From Cylindrospermopsis raciborskii Cr2010 (GTDB taxonomy: Bacteria > Cyanobacteriota > Cyanobacteriia > Cyanobacteriales > Nostocaceae): a stretch of 32,000 nucleotides of DNA. Below the pieces are notes generated by a model. It was not told the origin of the DNA and ran no database searches. It worked only from the letters and a program-made list of their open reading frames with translations. The translations under genes were made by a program, and so were the position numbers. The first letter of the stretch is position 1. Each line of letters starts with the position of its first letter. Of this stretch, positions 9,421 to 21,401 are shown in pieces. The stretch is taken from assembly GCF_003367075.2 (NCBI RefSeq), contig NZ_CP065936.1, positions 240,001 to 272,000 of the forward strand, written 5' to 3'.

Positions 9421-9461
9421 GATCCAGTTTTTTGACTGTACCACTGGATCTAAAGTCAAAA
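9421..9461 (+). repeat. Two interleaved perfect 8-bp inverted repeats (A-B-A'-B')
   Basis: GATCCAGT 9421-9428 pairs with ACTGGATC 9443-9450. TTTTGACT 9430-9437 pairs with AGTCAAAA 9454-9461. The element lies between the ORF stop (9408) and the tRNA (9487). Confidence 0.7.
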
Positions 9462-9486
9462 CTCTGTTATCATGATTTTTCAGTTG

Positions 9487-9558
9487 GGGTGACTAGCTCA
9501 ACGGTAGAGCATCGGACTCTTAATCCGCTGGTTCTGAGTTCGAATCTCAGGTCACCCA
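9487..9558 (+). tRNA. tRNA-Lys (anticodon CUU)
   Basis: Manual cloverleaf: acceptor GGGTGAC/GTCACCC, D arm GCTC-AACGGTA-GAGC, anticodon arm TCGGA-CTCTTAA-TCCGC (one terminal mismatch), variable loop TGGTT, T arm CTGAG-TTCGAAT-CTCAG, discriminator A. It is 72 nt and CCA is not encoded. Confidence 0.9.
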
Positions 9559-9722
9559 CTGAATAAATCAGATTGCTATATATTACCTGAACTAGATCTA
9601 ATATTCCGGATGTAATTCCCAAATGTGAAATCTACCATGTTAGTAAATGATGAGTTGGGTCATTATATTAGATAATGTCTCAATCAGCATTATTAAGTTA
9701 AGCAAATTTTGGAGAAAATCGG

Positions 9723-9959
9723 ATGTTAAACTTCAAAGGTATGGTGGATGACCTGTTGACTCCTATCCAAGCTGAAGCTGCTGCTGATATCAATGGAGGC
9801 GCGGAAATGATTGATAAAACCGTTGAAGAAGGCGCGGTACTGTTCAATCGTGATAGATATTTGCAAGCGTTGGGGGTAGCTTATTTAGCACCTCCAGGAA
9901 TTGGTGAAATAACCAGTAAAGAAGCCTTATTAGCACAGTACGAAGGTTGGAGAAGCTAG
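9723..9959 (+). CDS. Small hypothetical protein (78 aa) with a double-glycine-leader-like N-terminus
   Basis: GGAG (9711-9714) lies 8 nt upstream of the ATG. The N-terminus is MLNFKGMVDDLLTPIQAEAAADINGG|AEM... There are no Cys residues and I recognise no family. Confidence 0.45.
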   Translation: MLNFKGMVDDLLTPIQAEAAADINGGAEMIDKTVEEGAVLFNRDRYLQALGVAYLAPPGIGEITSKEALLAQYEGWRS

Positions 9960-10052
9960 TCGATTAGGGTCTTCGCCTTGTTGAGTCCTGAGTTTTTCGT
10001 TCCTAACTTGATAATTAACATTCATATTGCTCTTAGTCCAATTGCTTAACCT

Positions 10053-10090
10053 ATAGACCCTGAAACTACAAAAGTGGTTCCAGGGTCTAT
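10053..10090. terminator. Stem-loop between convergent genes (10-bp perfect stem, 18-nt loop, T-rich tail on +)
   Basis: ATAGACCCTG (10053-10062) pairs with CAGGGTCTAT (10081-10090), followed by TTATT. It ends 4 nt before the nagZ stop codon (10095-10097). Confidence 0.55.
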
Positions 10091-10094
10091 TTAT

Positions 10095-11183
10095 TCAATT
10101 AAGATCAAAACAACAGTTGATAGCAAGTTCTGCATGGTCAACTAATATCTGTTTTTCTAGGGGAAAAACCTCATATTGGGGGGTTTTAGTTAATAGTTGG
10201 GCAATTCTGTTATGGGAGTTTTCTATTACCGATGGGGTTAGAGAACCATTGTGCAAACAAGAAATGAAATTTTCAGCTATTTTATAGGTTTTTTCAATGG
10301 ATGAAGAGCTTATATTGCGAGAAACTAAAAATAAATCACACCCAGCATTAAAAGCGCGTGCTACTGTTTCAGGATAAACAAACATATCTGCAACCGCTTT
10401 CATATCTAAGTCATCGGAAACCACTACTCCAGAAAAATTCAATTCCTGTCTTAAAATCTGATGAAGAATAGTAGTTGATATTGTAGCTGGGAGATCCGGG
10501 TCAATTTGTGGAAACAGTATGTGCGCTGTCATCATCAGTGGTATTTGTTCCTGAATAAGAATTTCAAAAGGTATTAACTCTCGATTCTTTAAATCTTCTA
10601 AACTCAAATTCAAGATTGGTAACTCCAGATGAGAGTCTTGACTAGTATCTCCATGACCAGGAAAATGTTTAGCACAACCAAGAATACCGGATTCCTTGAG
10701 TCCACGATAGTACTCTTTAGCGTTTTCTCCAGCCAAGTCAGCAGTTTGACCAAAAGCACGTAAACCAATCACAGGGTTTTGAGGATTAGAAAAAACATCC
10801 GCCACGGGAGCAAAAGAAAGGTTGATCCCTAAAGATCTCAATTCTAATCCAGTGGCTTTTGCTACTTGATATGCTCGAGATCTAACTAAATGAGCAACGG
10901 GGAACCGCGTGATAGGTAATGGCGTTCTAATTACCTTTCCACCCTCATGGTCTAGGGCTGTAAATAGTAATTCTCGCTCAGTATATTCACGAATATCAAT
11001 AAGTAGTTTTTTGAACTCTTCTAACCAAATGGGATAGGGTGTACCATCGAGAAAGTTTTTGGCGAAAAAAATCACACCAACGGGTTTTAAATCGCTTAGT
11101 ACCCGTTTGTCATCATCCGTGAGAGTTGTACCGGAAACTCCGAGAATTAAATGATTACCAAATTGCTGTAGATGTTGGGACAT
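10095..11183 (-). CDS. nagZ: Beta-N-acetylhexosaminidase, glycoside hydrolase family 3 (NagZ-like)
   Basis: 362 aa with the GH3 blocks ALDHEGGKV, NLSFAPVADV, KHFPGHGDTSQDSHLELP and SDDLDMKA. Confidence 0.85.
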   Translation of the reverse strand: MSQHLQQFGNHLILGVSGTTLTDDDKRVLSDLKPVGVIFFAKNFLDGTPYPIWLEEFKKLLIDIREYTERELLFTALDHEGGKVIRTPLPITRFPVAHLVRSRAYQVAKATGLELRSLGINLSFAPVADVFSNPQNPVIGLRAFGQTADLAGENAKEYYRGLKESGILGCAKHFPGHGDTSQDSHLELPILNLSLEDLKNRELIPFEILIQEQIPLMMTAHILFPQIDPDLPATISTTILHQILRQELNFSGVVVSDDLDMKAVADMFVYPETVARAFNAGCDLFLVSRNISSSSIEKTYKIAENFISCLHNGSLTPSVIENSHNRIAQLLTKTPQYEVFPLEKQILVDHAELAINCCFDLN

Positions 11184-11305
11184 GGATTGCTAAAAACATG
11201 GGGATGCAACGGGACTTTTTCCCCAAGCCAGGTTAAATGTAACAGAATGCAAAGTATAATGAAAACGTCAAAACAATTAAGAAATATTGAAAACAGTAGG
11301 GTTAA

Positions 11306-13634
<2,329 letters not shown>

Positions 13635-13733
13635 CATTTACTAACAATTGGAATGGGACAAGTATGACGGTGAGAATAACTTCCTGTTAAACTGATTGCA
13701 TGCCCATTCCCTAATTTGCTGGTCTAAGCTGGT

Positions 13734-16067
13734 TTAGTTTATTTTCTGCAGTTGTGCTACCTTGGGATCGATAATTTTTTGACCCAAACTGGTAAATTTA
13801 ATTGCCAGGGATATTTTTTCATCACTGCCAAAAACATGAGTAATTACACCTTTGCCAAAAGCTTTGTGCAGTACTTGTTCACCAACACGCCAGTTGTTAG
13901 TTTCTCCAGAAGTTTCTGGCGTGATTGTTGTGGATTTAGTAGACCTAGCAGCACGGATTTTTGACTTAGTGGTTAATAGGTGCTGGGGTAGTTCTCCCAG
14001 AAATTGTGATGGTAATGCTGGTTCTCTAGAGCCATATAACCTTCTTTCTCTGGCATGGGACAGGTACAATCGCTCTTGGGTACGGGTGATTCCCACATAA
14101 CATAATCTTCTTTCTTCTTCTAAAGCTTTAGGATCTTGTAGAGAACGATAACCGGGAAATAGTCCCTGCTCTAAACCAACTAAAAACACTATGGGGAACT
14201 CCAACCCCTTAGAAGCGTGCAAGGTCATCAGAGAAACCACATCCCTGGTTTCGCTTAAATCGTCTAAATCTGAACTTAATGCTGCACTTTGCAAAAATGC
14301 TTGTAAAGAAATATCACTGCCCTTGTTTTCGTCTTGGAACTGGGATACAGCATTATATAGTTCCTTAACATTACTGATTCTATTATCAGCTTCATCTGTT
14401 CCCTGGTCCATTAAATCCCGGAGGTACCCAGAATCTTCCAGAATTCCTTCCAAGACTTCTGATGCAGGAACTTGAGTAGTTTGCCATTTTTTAATCATGC
14501 TAGTAAAACTAGTTACAGATTTTGCCGCACGTCCGGTCAAGGTGTTTACAGAAGTTTCATCACTCAATATCTCCCACAGGGTAGTACCCAATTGTTGGGA
14601 AGCATTAATCAAAACGTCTATAGTACACTTGCCGATACCTCGTCGAGGAGTATTAATGACCCTTAATAAACTTACTGTATCTGCGGGATTATTAATTGCT
14701 CTTAAATAGGCAATAACATCTTTGATTTCCTTTCGGTCATAAAACTTCATGCCTCCCACCACGGTGTAGGGGATTTGATATTTTACCAGCAGTTCCTCAA
14801 AGGGTCGAGATTGGGCATTAGTGCGATAGAGAATGGCAAAACTTCCCCAATTAATATCAGGGTTATTAGTTGTTAAATTCCGAATTTGATTGATAACAAA
14901 ATCTGCTTCAGCGACTTCATCATCGGCTTTATGAAAATAAATAGACTCGCCCACATCTCGCGTAGGTTTGAGGATTTTATCAATGCGTTCGGTATTATTT
15001 TCAATCAGTTCATTAGCAGCTTGCAGAATATTTTCACAGGAGCGATAGTTTTCCTCTAGTTTCACCATAGTCCTGGTGTCATCATCATCTAAACCATCTC
15101 CAAAATCCTGTTGAAACTCCAATAGAATGGTAAAATCAGCCATCCTAAAACTATAAATTGACTGGTCTGCATCACCAACCACAAACACGGAACGATTGTC
15201 CCAATTCCATTGGTTTTTGCGACATTCACCATTCGTAACTAATAAACGTAGTAGTTCATATTGAGTCCGATTGGTGTCCTGATATTCATCTACTAAAATA
15301 TGACGGAACTTGTTATGCCAATAGCCCAAAACTTGCTCATTTTGCCCAAATAGTCTAGTGGGAACTAGAATTAAGTCATCAAAATCCAAACTGTTATTGG
15401 CCGCTAATTGATCTTGATAAAGGTTATAAACTTCCCCAATTACTCGACCACGATAGTTAGGTTGTTGCTCTTCAAATTCTCGTGGTGATAAACCTTGGTT
15501 TTTAGCATTACTAATGGCATACCTAACGGATTTAGGGTCGAACTTTTTACTGTCTAGGTTAAGTTGTTTTGTGACAATTTCTTTAATTAAAGTTTGTACA
15601 TCAGATTCATCAAAGATAGAAAAGTTCTTCTGCCAGTGTCGACCCTTTTCGTCTTGATATTTTTCAACATCAAACCTCAAAATCCGGGAAAATAAACTAT
15701 GGAAGGTTCCACACCAGATGTTTTTAATGTAGGTACGGTAAACACTGGATATGACCTCGCTTTGTTGTTGTGCGGGCAATAAATCTAATTTCTGACCATA
15801 TTGATTTATGGCAAATTGATCCGCGAATAATCTTTGGATCCGGTCTTTCATTTCCCTTGCAGCTTTATTGGTGAAAGTTACTGCTAAAATGTTTTCGGGG
15901 TGCACACGGTTTTGTAAAATTAAATTAGCAATCCTATAGGTTAGAGCGCGGGTTTTACCTGAACCTGCACCAGCAACAACTAGTAAGGGACCGCAATAAT
16001 GCTCAACTGCTATACGCTGGCTAAAGTTGAGCTGACTAGTAAAGTCATTATTTGTGTTTATATGCAT
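13734..16067 (-). CDS. pcrA: ATP-dependent DNA helicase, UvrD/PcrA family
   Basis: 777 aa with Walker A AGAGSGKTR, motif II VDEYQDTN, and the later SF1 motifs (TFHSLF, ILYRTN, LMTLHASKGLEF, VGITR). Confidence 0.9.
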   Translation of the reverse strand: MHINTNNDFTSQLNFSQRIAVEHYCGPLLVVAGAGSGKTRALTYRIANLILQNRVHPENILAVTFTNKAAREMKDRIQRLFADQFAINQYGQKLDLLPAQQQSEVISSVYRTYIKNIWCGTFHSLFSRILRFDVEKYQDEKGRHWQKNFSIFDESDVQTLIKEIVTKQLNLDSKKFDPKSVRYAISNAKNQGLSPREFEEQQPNYRGRVIGEVYNLYQDQLAANNSLDFDDLILVPTRLFGQNEQVLGYWHNKFRHILVDEYQDTNRTQYELLRLLVTNGECRKNQWNWDNRSVFVVGDADQSIYSFRMADFTILLEFQQDFGDGLDDDDTRTMVKLEENYRSCENILQAANELIENNTERIDKILKPTRDVGESIYFHKADDEVAEADFVINQIRNLTTNNPDINWGSFAILYRTNAQSRPFEELLVKYQIPYTVVGGMKFYDRKEIKDVIAYLRAINNPADTVSLLRVINTPRRGIGKCTIDVLINASQQLGTTLWEILSDETSVNTLTGRAAKSVTSFTSMIKKWQTTQVPASEVLEGILEDSGYLRDLMDQGTDEADNRISNVKELYNAVSQFQDENKGSDISLQAFLQSAALSSDLDDLSETRDVVSLMTLHASKGLEFPIVFLVGLEQGLFPGYRSLQDPKALEEERRLCYVGITRTQERLYLSHARERRLYGSREPALPSQFLGELPQHLLTTKSKIRAARSTKSTTITPETSGETNNWRVGEQVLHKAFGKGVITHVFGSDEKISLAIKFTSLGQKIIDPKVAQLQKIN

Positions 16068-16271
16068 ATTTGTTAGTTTACTAAGAATTAAGTTTTACTA
16101 GTTAGACAAGTCTAGTTTGATTGAAAACCTTGTGATTAAGTCCAGCTGCAAAAAGCAGAACTATGTTTAACCGTCACCTTTGAAATAACTATGAGTAGAT
16201 CTTAATCCATTGCCTAATCAACGATATTGTTGTCATAATTATACGAATTAGCAAACCCAAATTTGAAAGTT

Positions 16272-16709
16272 ATGGAAGTCGAAATGCAAGAACCACAATA
16301 CACAGAAACCAAAACCAAGGAAACTCCTATTCCAGATCTTAGTACTCAAACGGGGACTATAACTAAACTCCAATCCCCGCCCAAATCTCAGGAACAGTGG
16401 CTTAAATACGGTCAGGAGGTTTCTAACTTTTTAGGGACGCTGCCAGAATATCTAGTTGGGTTGCTTGACAAGTATAAACAACCACTTCTTACCCTGGGAT
16501 TAATCGTGACTGCTGGAGTAACTGTTAAGGTCATACTGGCTGTGCTAGATTCCTTAAATGATATTCCTTTGGTAGCTCCCACTTTTGAGCTAATTGGCAT
16601 TGGCTACTCTGGTTGGTTTGTGTATCGCTATTTACTCAAAGCTTCTACCAGAGAGGAACTCACAAGTGAAATTGACACTTTAAAATCACAAGTTTTTGGG
16701 CAAGACTAA
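16272..16709 (+). CDS. CAAD-domain (CurT-like) thylakoid membrane protein
   Basis: The C-terminal half LPEYLVGLLDKYKQPLLTLGLIVTAGVTVKVILAVLDSLNDIPLVAPTFELIGIGYSGWFVYRYLL has two TM helices typical of the CAAD/CurT family. The track starts at TTG 16263; I use ATG 16272. Confidence 0.7.
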   Translation: MEVEMQEPQYTETKTKETPIPDLSTQTGTITKLQSPPKSQEQWLKYGQEVSNFLGTLPEYLVGLLDKYKQPLLTLGLIVTAGVTVKVILAVLDSLNDIPLVAPTFELIGIGYSGWFVYRYLLKASTREELTSEIDTLKSQVFGQD

Positions 16710-16804
16710 CCATTAGAAAACGCATTTAAATGCTTGCTGCACAAATTGCATTAGAAGTTTTGCGGCAAAGTATTGCAAAAGCCCATATAACAGTAGCTGG
16801 GTAT

Positions 16805-16846
16805 GTAGGAGTGGTATATGAGCTTATCATTAAGTACCACTTCTAC
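16805..16846 (+). terminator. Stem-loop downstream of the CAAD gene (12-bp stem with one G.U, 18-nt loop)
   Basis: GTAGGAGTGGTA (16805-16816) pairs with TACCACTTCTAC (16835-16846), between convergent genes. There is no U-tract. Confidence 0.35.
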
Positions 16847-16904
16847 ATAATAAATGTCAAGTCCCTAAGTTTGGTCGGTTTAATATAGATTTTTAAGACC
16901 TAGG

Positions 16905-18194
16905 CTAAAGCACCCGTAAAATGCTAGGGATGCTATCTATGGCTTCCATGGTGTGGATTTCCTCTAAGGATTGTCTGAAATCCCCTTCTTTGACATCGTG
17001 GGTAACAACAACAATTTCTGCCATTTCCCCCTGAAAACCAGTTTGCACCACAGATTCTAAACTTACTTGGTATTTACCAAAGCAAGTCCCCAATTTACCA
17101 ATGACCCCTGGGTGGTCTTTAGTCAGAAATCGAGCATAAAACCGGGTAACTAGTTGGGATATGGGGGCTATGTGACAATACTCCTTATGTCTACAGGATA
17201 AGAGTGGATTAGCTTGAGCAGTATTAGTCTTGATTGTTGCTACTAGATTTAAGATATCTGAACAAACTGCACTCCCCGTCGGACCAGCACCCGCTCCCGG
17301 ACCGAAAAACATCACTTGACCTATGGGTTCCCCCTCCACTAAAATCGCATTGTAAACACCATTGATACTAGCTAGGGGGTGGGTTTGAGAAACTAGGGTA
17401 GGGTGAACTCTCACTGACAACTGGGATTTGTCATCTGTTTGATTTTTGGCAATGGCTAGCAGTTTAATCACAAATCCTAATTTGCCAGCGTAGATAATGT
17501 CTGTTTTCGTGACTTGACGAATCCCTTCACAATAAACATCTTGTAAGTTAATTCTCTCTCCAAACCCCAATGAAGCTAAAATAGCAATCTTATCCCCAGC
17601 GTCTAAACCATCAATGTCAGCAGTTGGATCCGCTTCCGCATATCCCAGTTTTTGTGCATCAGCTAGGACTTCTTCTAGTTCACTCCCTTCCGTCTGCATC
17701 CTCGTGAGAATGTAATTGGTAGTGCCATTCACAATACCAATAATACTATGAACCTTGTTAACACTTAAAGACTGCTTTAAGGTTTTAATTACGGGAATGC
17801 CACCAGCTACAGCAGCTTCAAACATAACATATACACCAGCAGCATTGGCAGCATTAAATATTTCTTCTCCAAATCGTGAAATAACAGCTTTGTTTGCTGT
17901 TACTACATGTTTACCATTTTTAATAGCCTCCAGAATAAGCGATCGCGCGGGTTCCAATCCACCCATCAGCTCAACAATGATATCTATCTGAGGGTCATTG
18001 ACAATAGCTGATAAATCCCCACTGAGGATTTCTTGGGGTAAGGTCACTGGGCGTGATTTGTCTGGCGATCGCACACCTATACGACATATTTCCACTTCCT
18101 GTAACAGTGGGTGACGACCTTGCAAGTCCTGTAACAGTTGTACAGTTCCAGTTCCCACCGTACCCAATCCTAAGATTCCTAATTTTACACCCAC
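16905..18194 (-). CDS. hom: Homoserine dehydrogenase
   Basis: 429 aa with a GTG start. It has the NAD-binding motif LGILGLGTVGTG, the catalytic-domain block GIVNGTTNYILT...GYAEADPTADIDGLDA, and a C-terminal ACT-like domain. Confidence 0.92.
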   Translation of the reverse strand: MGVKLGILGLGTVGTGTVQLLQDLQGRHPLLQEVEICRIGVRSPDKSRPVTLPQEILSGDLSAIVNDPQIDIIVELMGGLEPARSLILEAIKNGKHVVTANKAVISRFGEEIFNAANAAGVYVMFEAAVAGGIPVIKTLKQSLSVNKVHSIIGIVNGTTNYILTRMQTEGSELEEVLADAQKLGYAEADPTADIDGLDAGDKIAILASLGFGERINLQDVYCEGIRQVTKTDIIYAGKLGFVIKLLAIAKNQTDDKSQLSVRVHPTLVSQTHPLASINGVYNAILVEGEPIGQVMFFGPGAGAGPTGSAVCSDILNLVATIKTNTAQANPLLSCRHKEYCHIAPISQLVTRFYARFLTKDHPGVIGKLGTCFGKYQVSLESVVQTGFQGEMAEIVVVTHDVKEGDFRQSLEEIHTMEAIDSIPSILRVL

Positions 18195-18235
18195 GGATTT
18201 GGCATCCTATTATATACAAAACACACATAAAACAA

Positions 18236-18264
18236 TTGTAGGTGGGATGGAACCCCACCTACAA
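18236..18264 (-). terminator. Rho-independent terminator of petH
   Basis: An 11-bp perfect stem TTGTAGGTGGG / CCCACCTACAA with a 7-nt loop, starting 40 nt after the petH stop. On the minus strand it is followed by TTGTTTTATGTGTGTTTT. Confidence 0.65.
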
Positions 18265-18303
18265 ACTTGCAGACAAAAATTGAGAAACAAAGTCAAGAGT
18301 AGA

Positions 18304-19737
<1,434 letters not shown>

Positions 19738-20303
19738 TTATCAGCTATTAGTTTTTTTACTGTCGCTTAATAATACATAAACTAGATAATTGTTAAATTT
19801 GCCAGTTTGTGTATTGCTGTGCTTAGTAACTAATAACTGCTAACTGACACAATGCTACAACAAGAGGTATCGGTTAAGGTGAACCAAGAAGTTAAAGAAC
19901 ATACCAGCGTATCTTTTAAGATAGATGATGTGTCCTTGAAAGAATGTTAGTCGTAAAGCAATTTAATTAAATCTTCTTAGTTGTTATTTTTTAGTAAATT
20001 TCGGCTATTGTATAGCTCTAGCCATCTGGCGATCCCCATGACTAAAATGTTTGCCAAGAAGTACCAGATATATGTTCAAATATGATTAGTACACTGATTT
20101 AGCAACTTTAACAGCCAATTTGATTACAAAATAGGTTTTTTTCATTTTTTTGTTTATCGCGGGGGGTGGATCAATAGTCTGATATGCTTTTTTTGTGACG
20201 GTAGTGATATTACCTCCCAGGTAAACAAACTCCTAACTGCAAAAATCTGTTGTGAGAAAAAATATTTTGTTTAGTCATTTCAATTAGTATTGAGAGGAGA
20301 TTT

Positions 20304-21308
20304 ATGACAGGTAAACCGGAAAGGGTAGTATTAATTGGAGTAGCAGGGGACTCAGGATGCGGCAAATCTACGTTTTTGCGCCGTTTGATTGACCTGTTCG
20401 GTGAAGATTTTATGACAGTGATCTGTTTAGATGACTATCACTGCTTAGACCGCAAACAACGTAAAGAAACTGGTATTACTGCCTTAGATCCTAGAGCTAA
20501 TAACTTCGATCTCATGTATGAGCAAATTAAAGCTCTGAAAGAAGGCTATGCTGTTGATAAACCAATTTACAACCATGAGACCGGCATGATTGATCCGCCG
20601 GAACGAATTAAACCTAATCACATTATTGTGGTTGAAGGTTTGCATCCTTTATATGATGAAAGAGTGCGCTCCCTTTTAGATTTCAGTGTTTATTTTGATA
20701 TCAGCGATGAGGTAAAAATTGCCTGGAAGATTCAGAGAGACATGGCAGAGCGTGGTCATAGATATGAAGATGTTTTAGCTCAAATTAACTCTCGCAAGCC
20801 CGACTTTGATAAGTTCATTGAGCCTCAAAGAGAATTTGCCGATGTAGTTTTACAGGTGTTGCCTACAAACTTAATCAAAAACGACACTGAGCGCAAGGTT
20901 CTGCGGGTAAGAATGCTGCAAAAAGAGGGTAAAGAGGGATTTGCACCGGTTTACCTATTTGATGAAGGTTCAACCATCCAATGGACTCCTTGTGGAAGGA
21001 AGTTAACCTGTTCCTATCCTGGCATGCAAATGTACTACGGTTCTGATGTTTATTATGGTCGCTATGTTTCTGTTTTGGAAGTAGATGGCCAGTTTGATAA
21101 TTTAGATGAAGTAATCTATGTGGAAAAACATCTGAGCAATACATCCACTAAATACATTGGTGAAATGACCCACTTGTTGTTGCAGCATCGTGAATATCCT
21201 GGTTCTAATAATGGCACTGGTTTATTCCAAGTCTTAACCGGGTTAAAAATGCGCTCTGTTTACGAAATTTTGACAGCTAAGGAAGCAAAATTAGCAGTGA
21301 AAGCCTAA
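20304..21308 (+). CDS. prk: Phosphoribulokinase
   Basis: 334 aa with the P-loop GVAGDSGCGKST. PRK blocks include ICLDDYH, IVVEGLHP, KIQRDMAERGH and SRKPDF. Confidence 0.93.
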   Translation: MTGKPERVVLIGVAGDSGCGKSTFLRRLIDLFGEDFMTVICLDDYHCLDRKQRKETGITALDPRANNFDLMYEQIKALKEGYAVDKPIYNHETGMIDPPERIKPNHIIVVEGLHPLYDERVRSLLDFSVYFDISDEVKIAWKIQRDMAERGHRYEDVLAQINSRKPDFDKFIEPQREFADVVLQVLPTNLIKNDTERKVLRVRMLQKEGKEGFAPVYLFDEGSTIQWTPCGRKLTCSYPGMQMYYGSDVYYGRYVSVLEVDGQFDNLDEVIYVEKHLSNTSTKYIGEMTHLLLQHREYPGSNNGTGLFQVLTGLKMRSVYEILTAKEAKLAVKA

Positions 21309-21330
21309 ATTTTGCCATGTTGGTAAACTC

Positions 21331-21364
21331 AAAAGGGGAACATCTACCGGGTGAACCCCTTTTT
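21331..21364 (+). terminator. Stem-loop with T-run downstream of prk
   Basis: AAAAGGGG (21331-21338) pairs with CCCCTTTT (21356-21363), followed by one further T. The loop is large (17 nt). It begins 23 nt after the prk stop. Confidence 0.45.
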
Positions 21365-21401
21365 CATATCTAGTAATTAATGTAATTAATAAGTAAAAGT
21401 T

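Noticed and set aside
9487-10094. tRNA-Lys as an integration site for a mobile element
   Set aside because: There is no integrase, no direct repeat of the tRNA 3' end within the window, and the downstream gene nagZ is core. At most this is an old relic (kept as a low-interest finding).
13752-14709. Five + strand ORFs (64-94 aa) inside the pcrA locus
   Set aside because: All are antisense to a full-length, motif-complete helicase gene. Their products are low-complexity and Ser/Leu-rich, typical of shadow ORFs.
16730-16888. 52-aa + strand ORF (MLAAQIALEVLRQSIAKAHITVAGYVGVVYELI...) between the CAAD gene and hom
   Set aside because: No SD. The 12-bp terminator-like stem (16805-16846) lies inside it. 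It is below the size where I can distinguish coding from chance without conservation data.
20201-20213. GTA-N7-TAC upstream of prk, and a second GTA-N7-TAC at 344-356 upstream of argG, resembling NtcA boxes
   Set aside because: The NtcA consensus is GTA-N8-TAC. Both have the wrong spacing, and no properly placed -10 box was evident.
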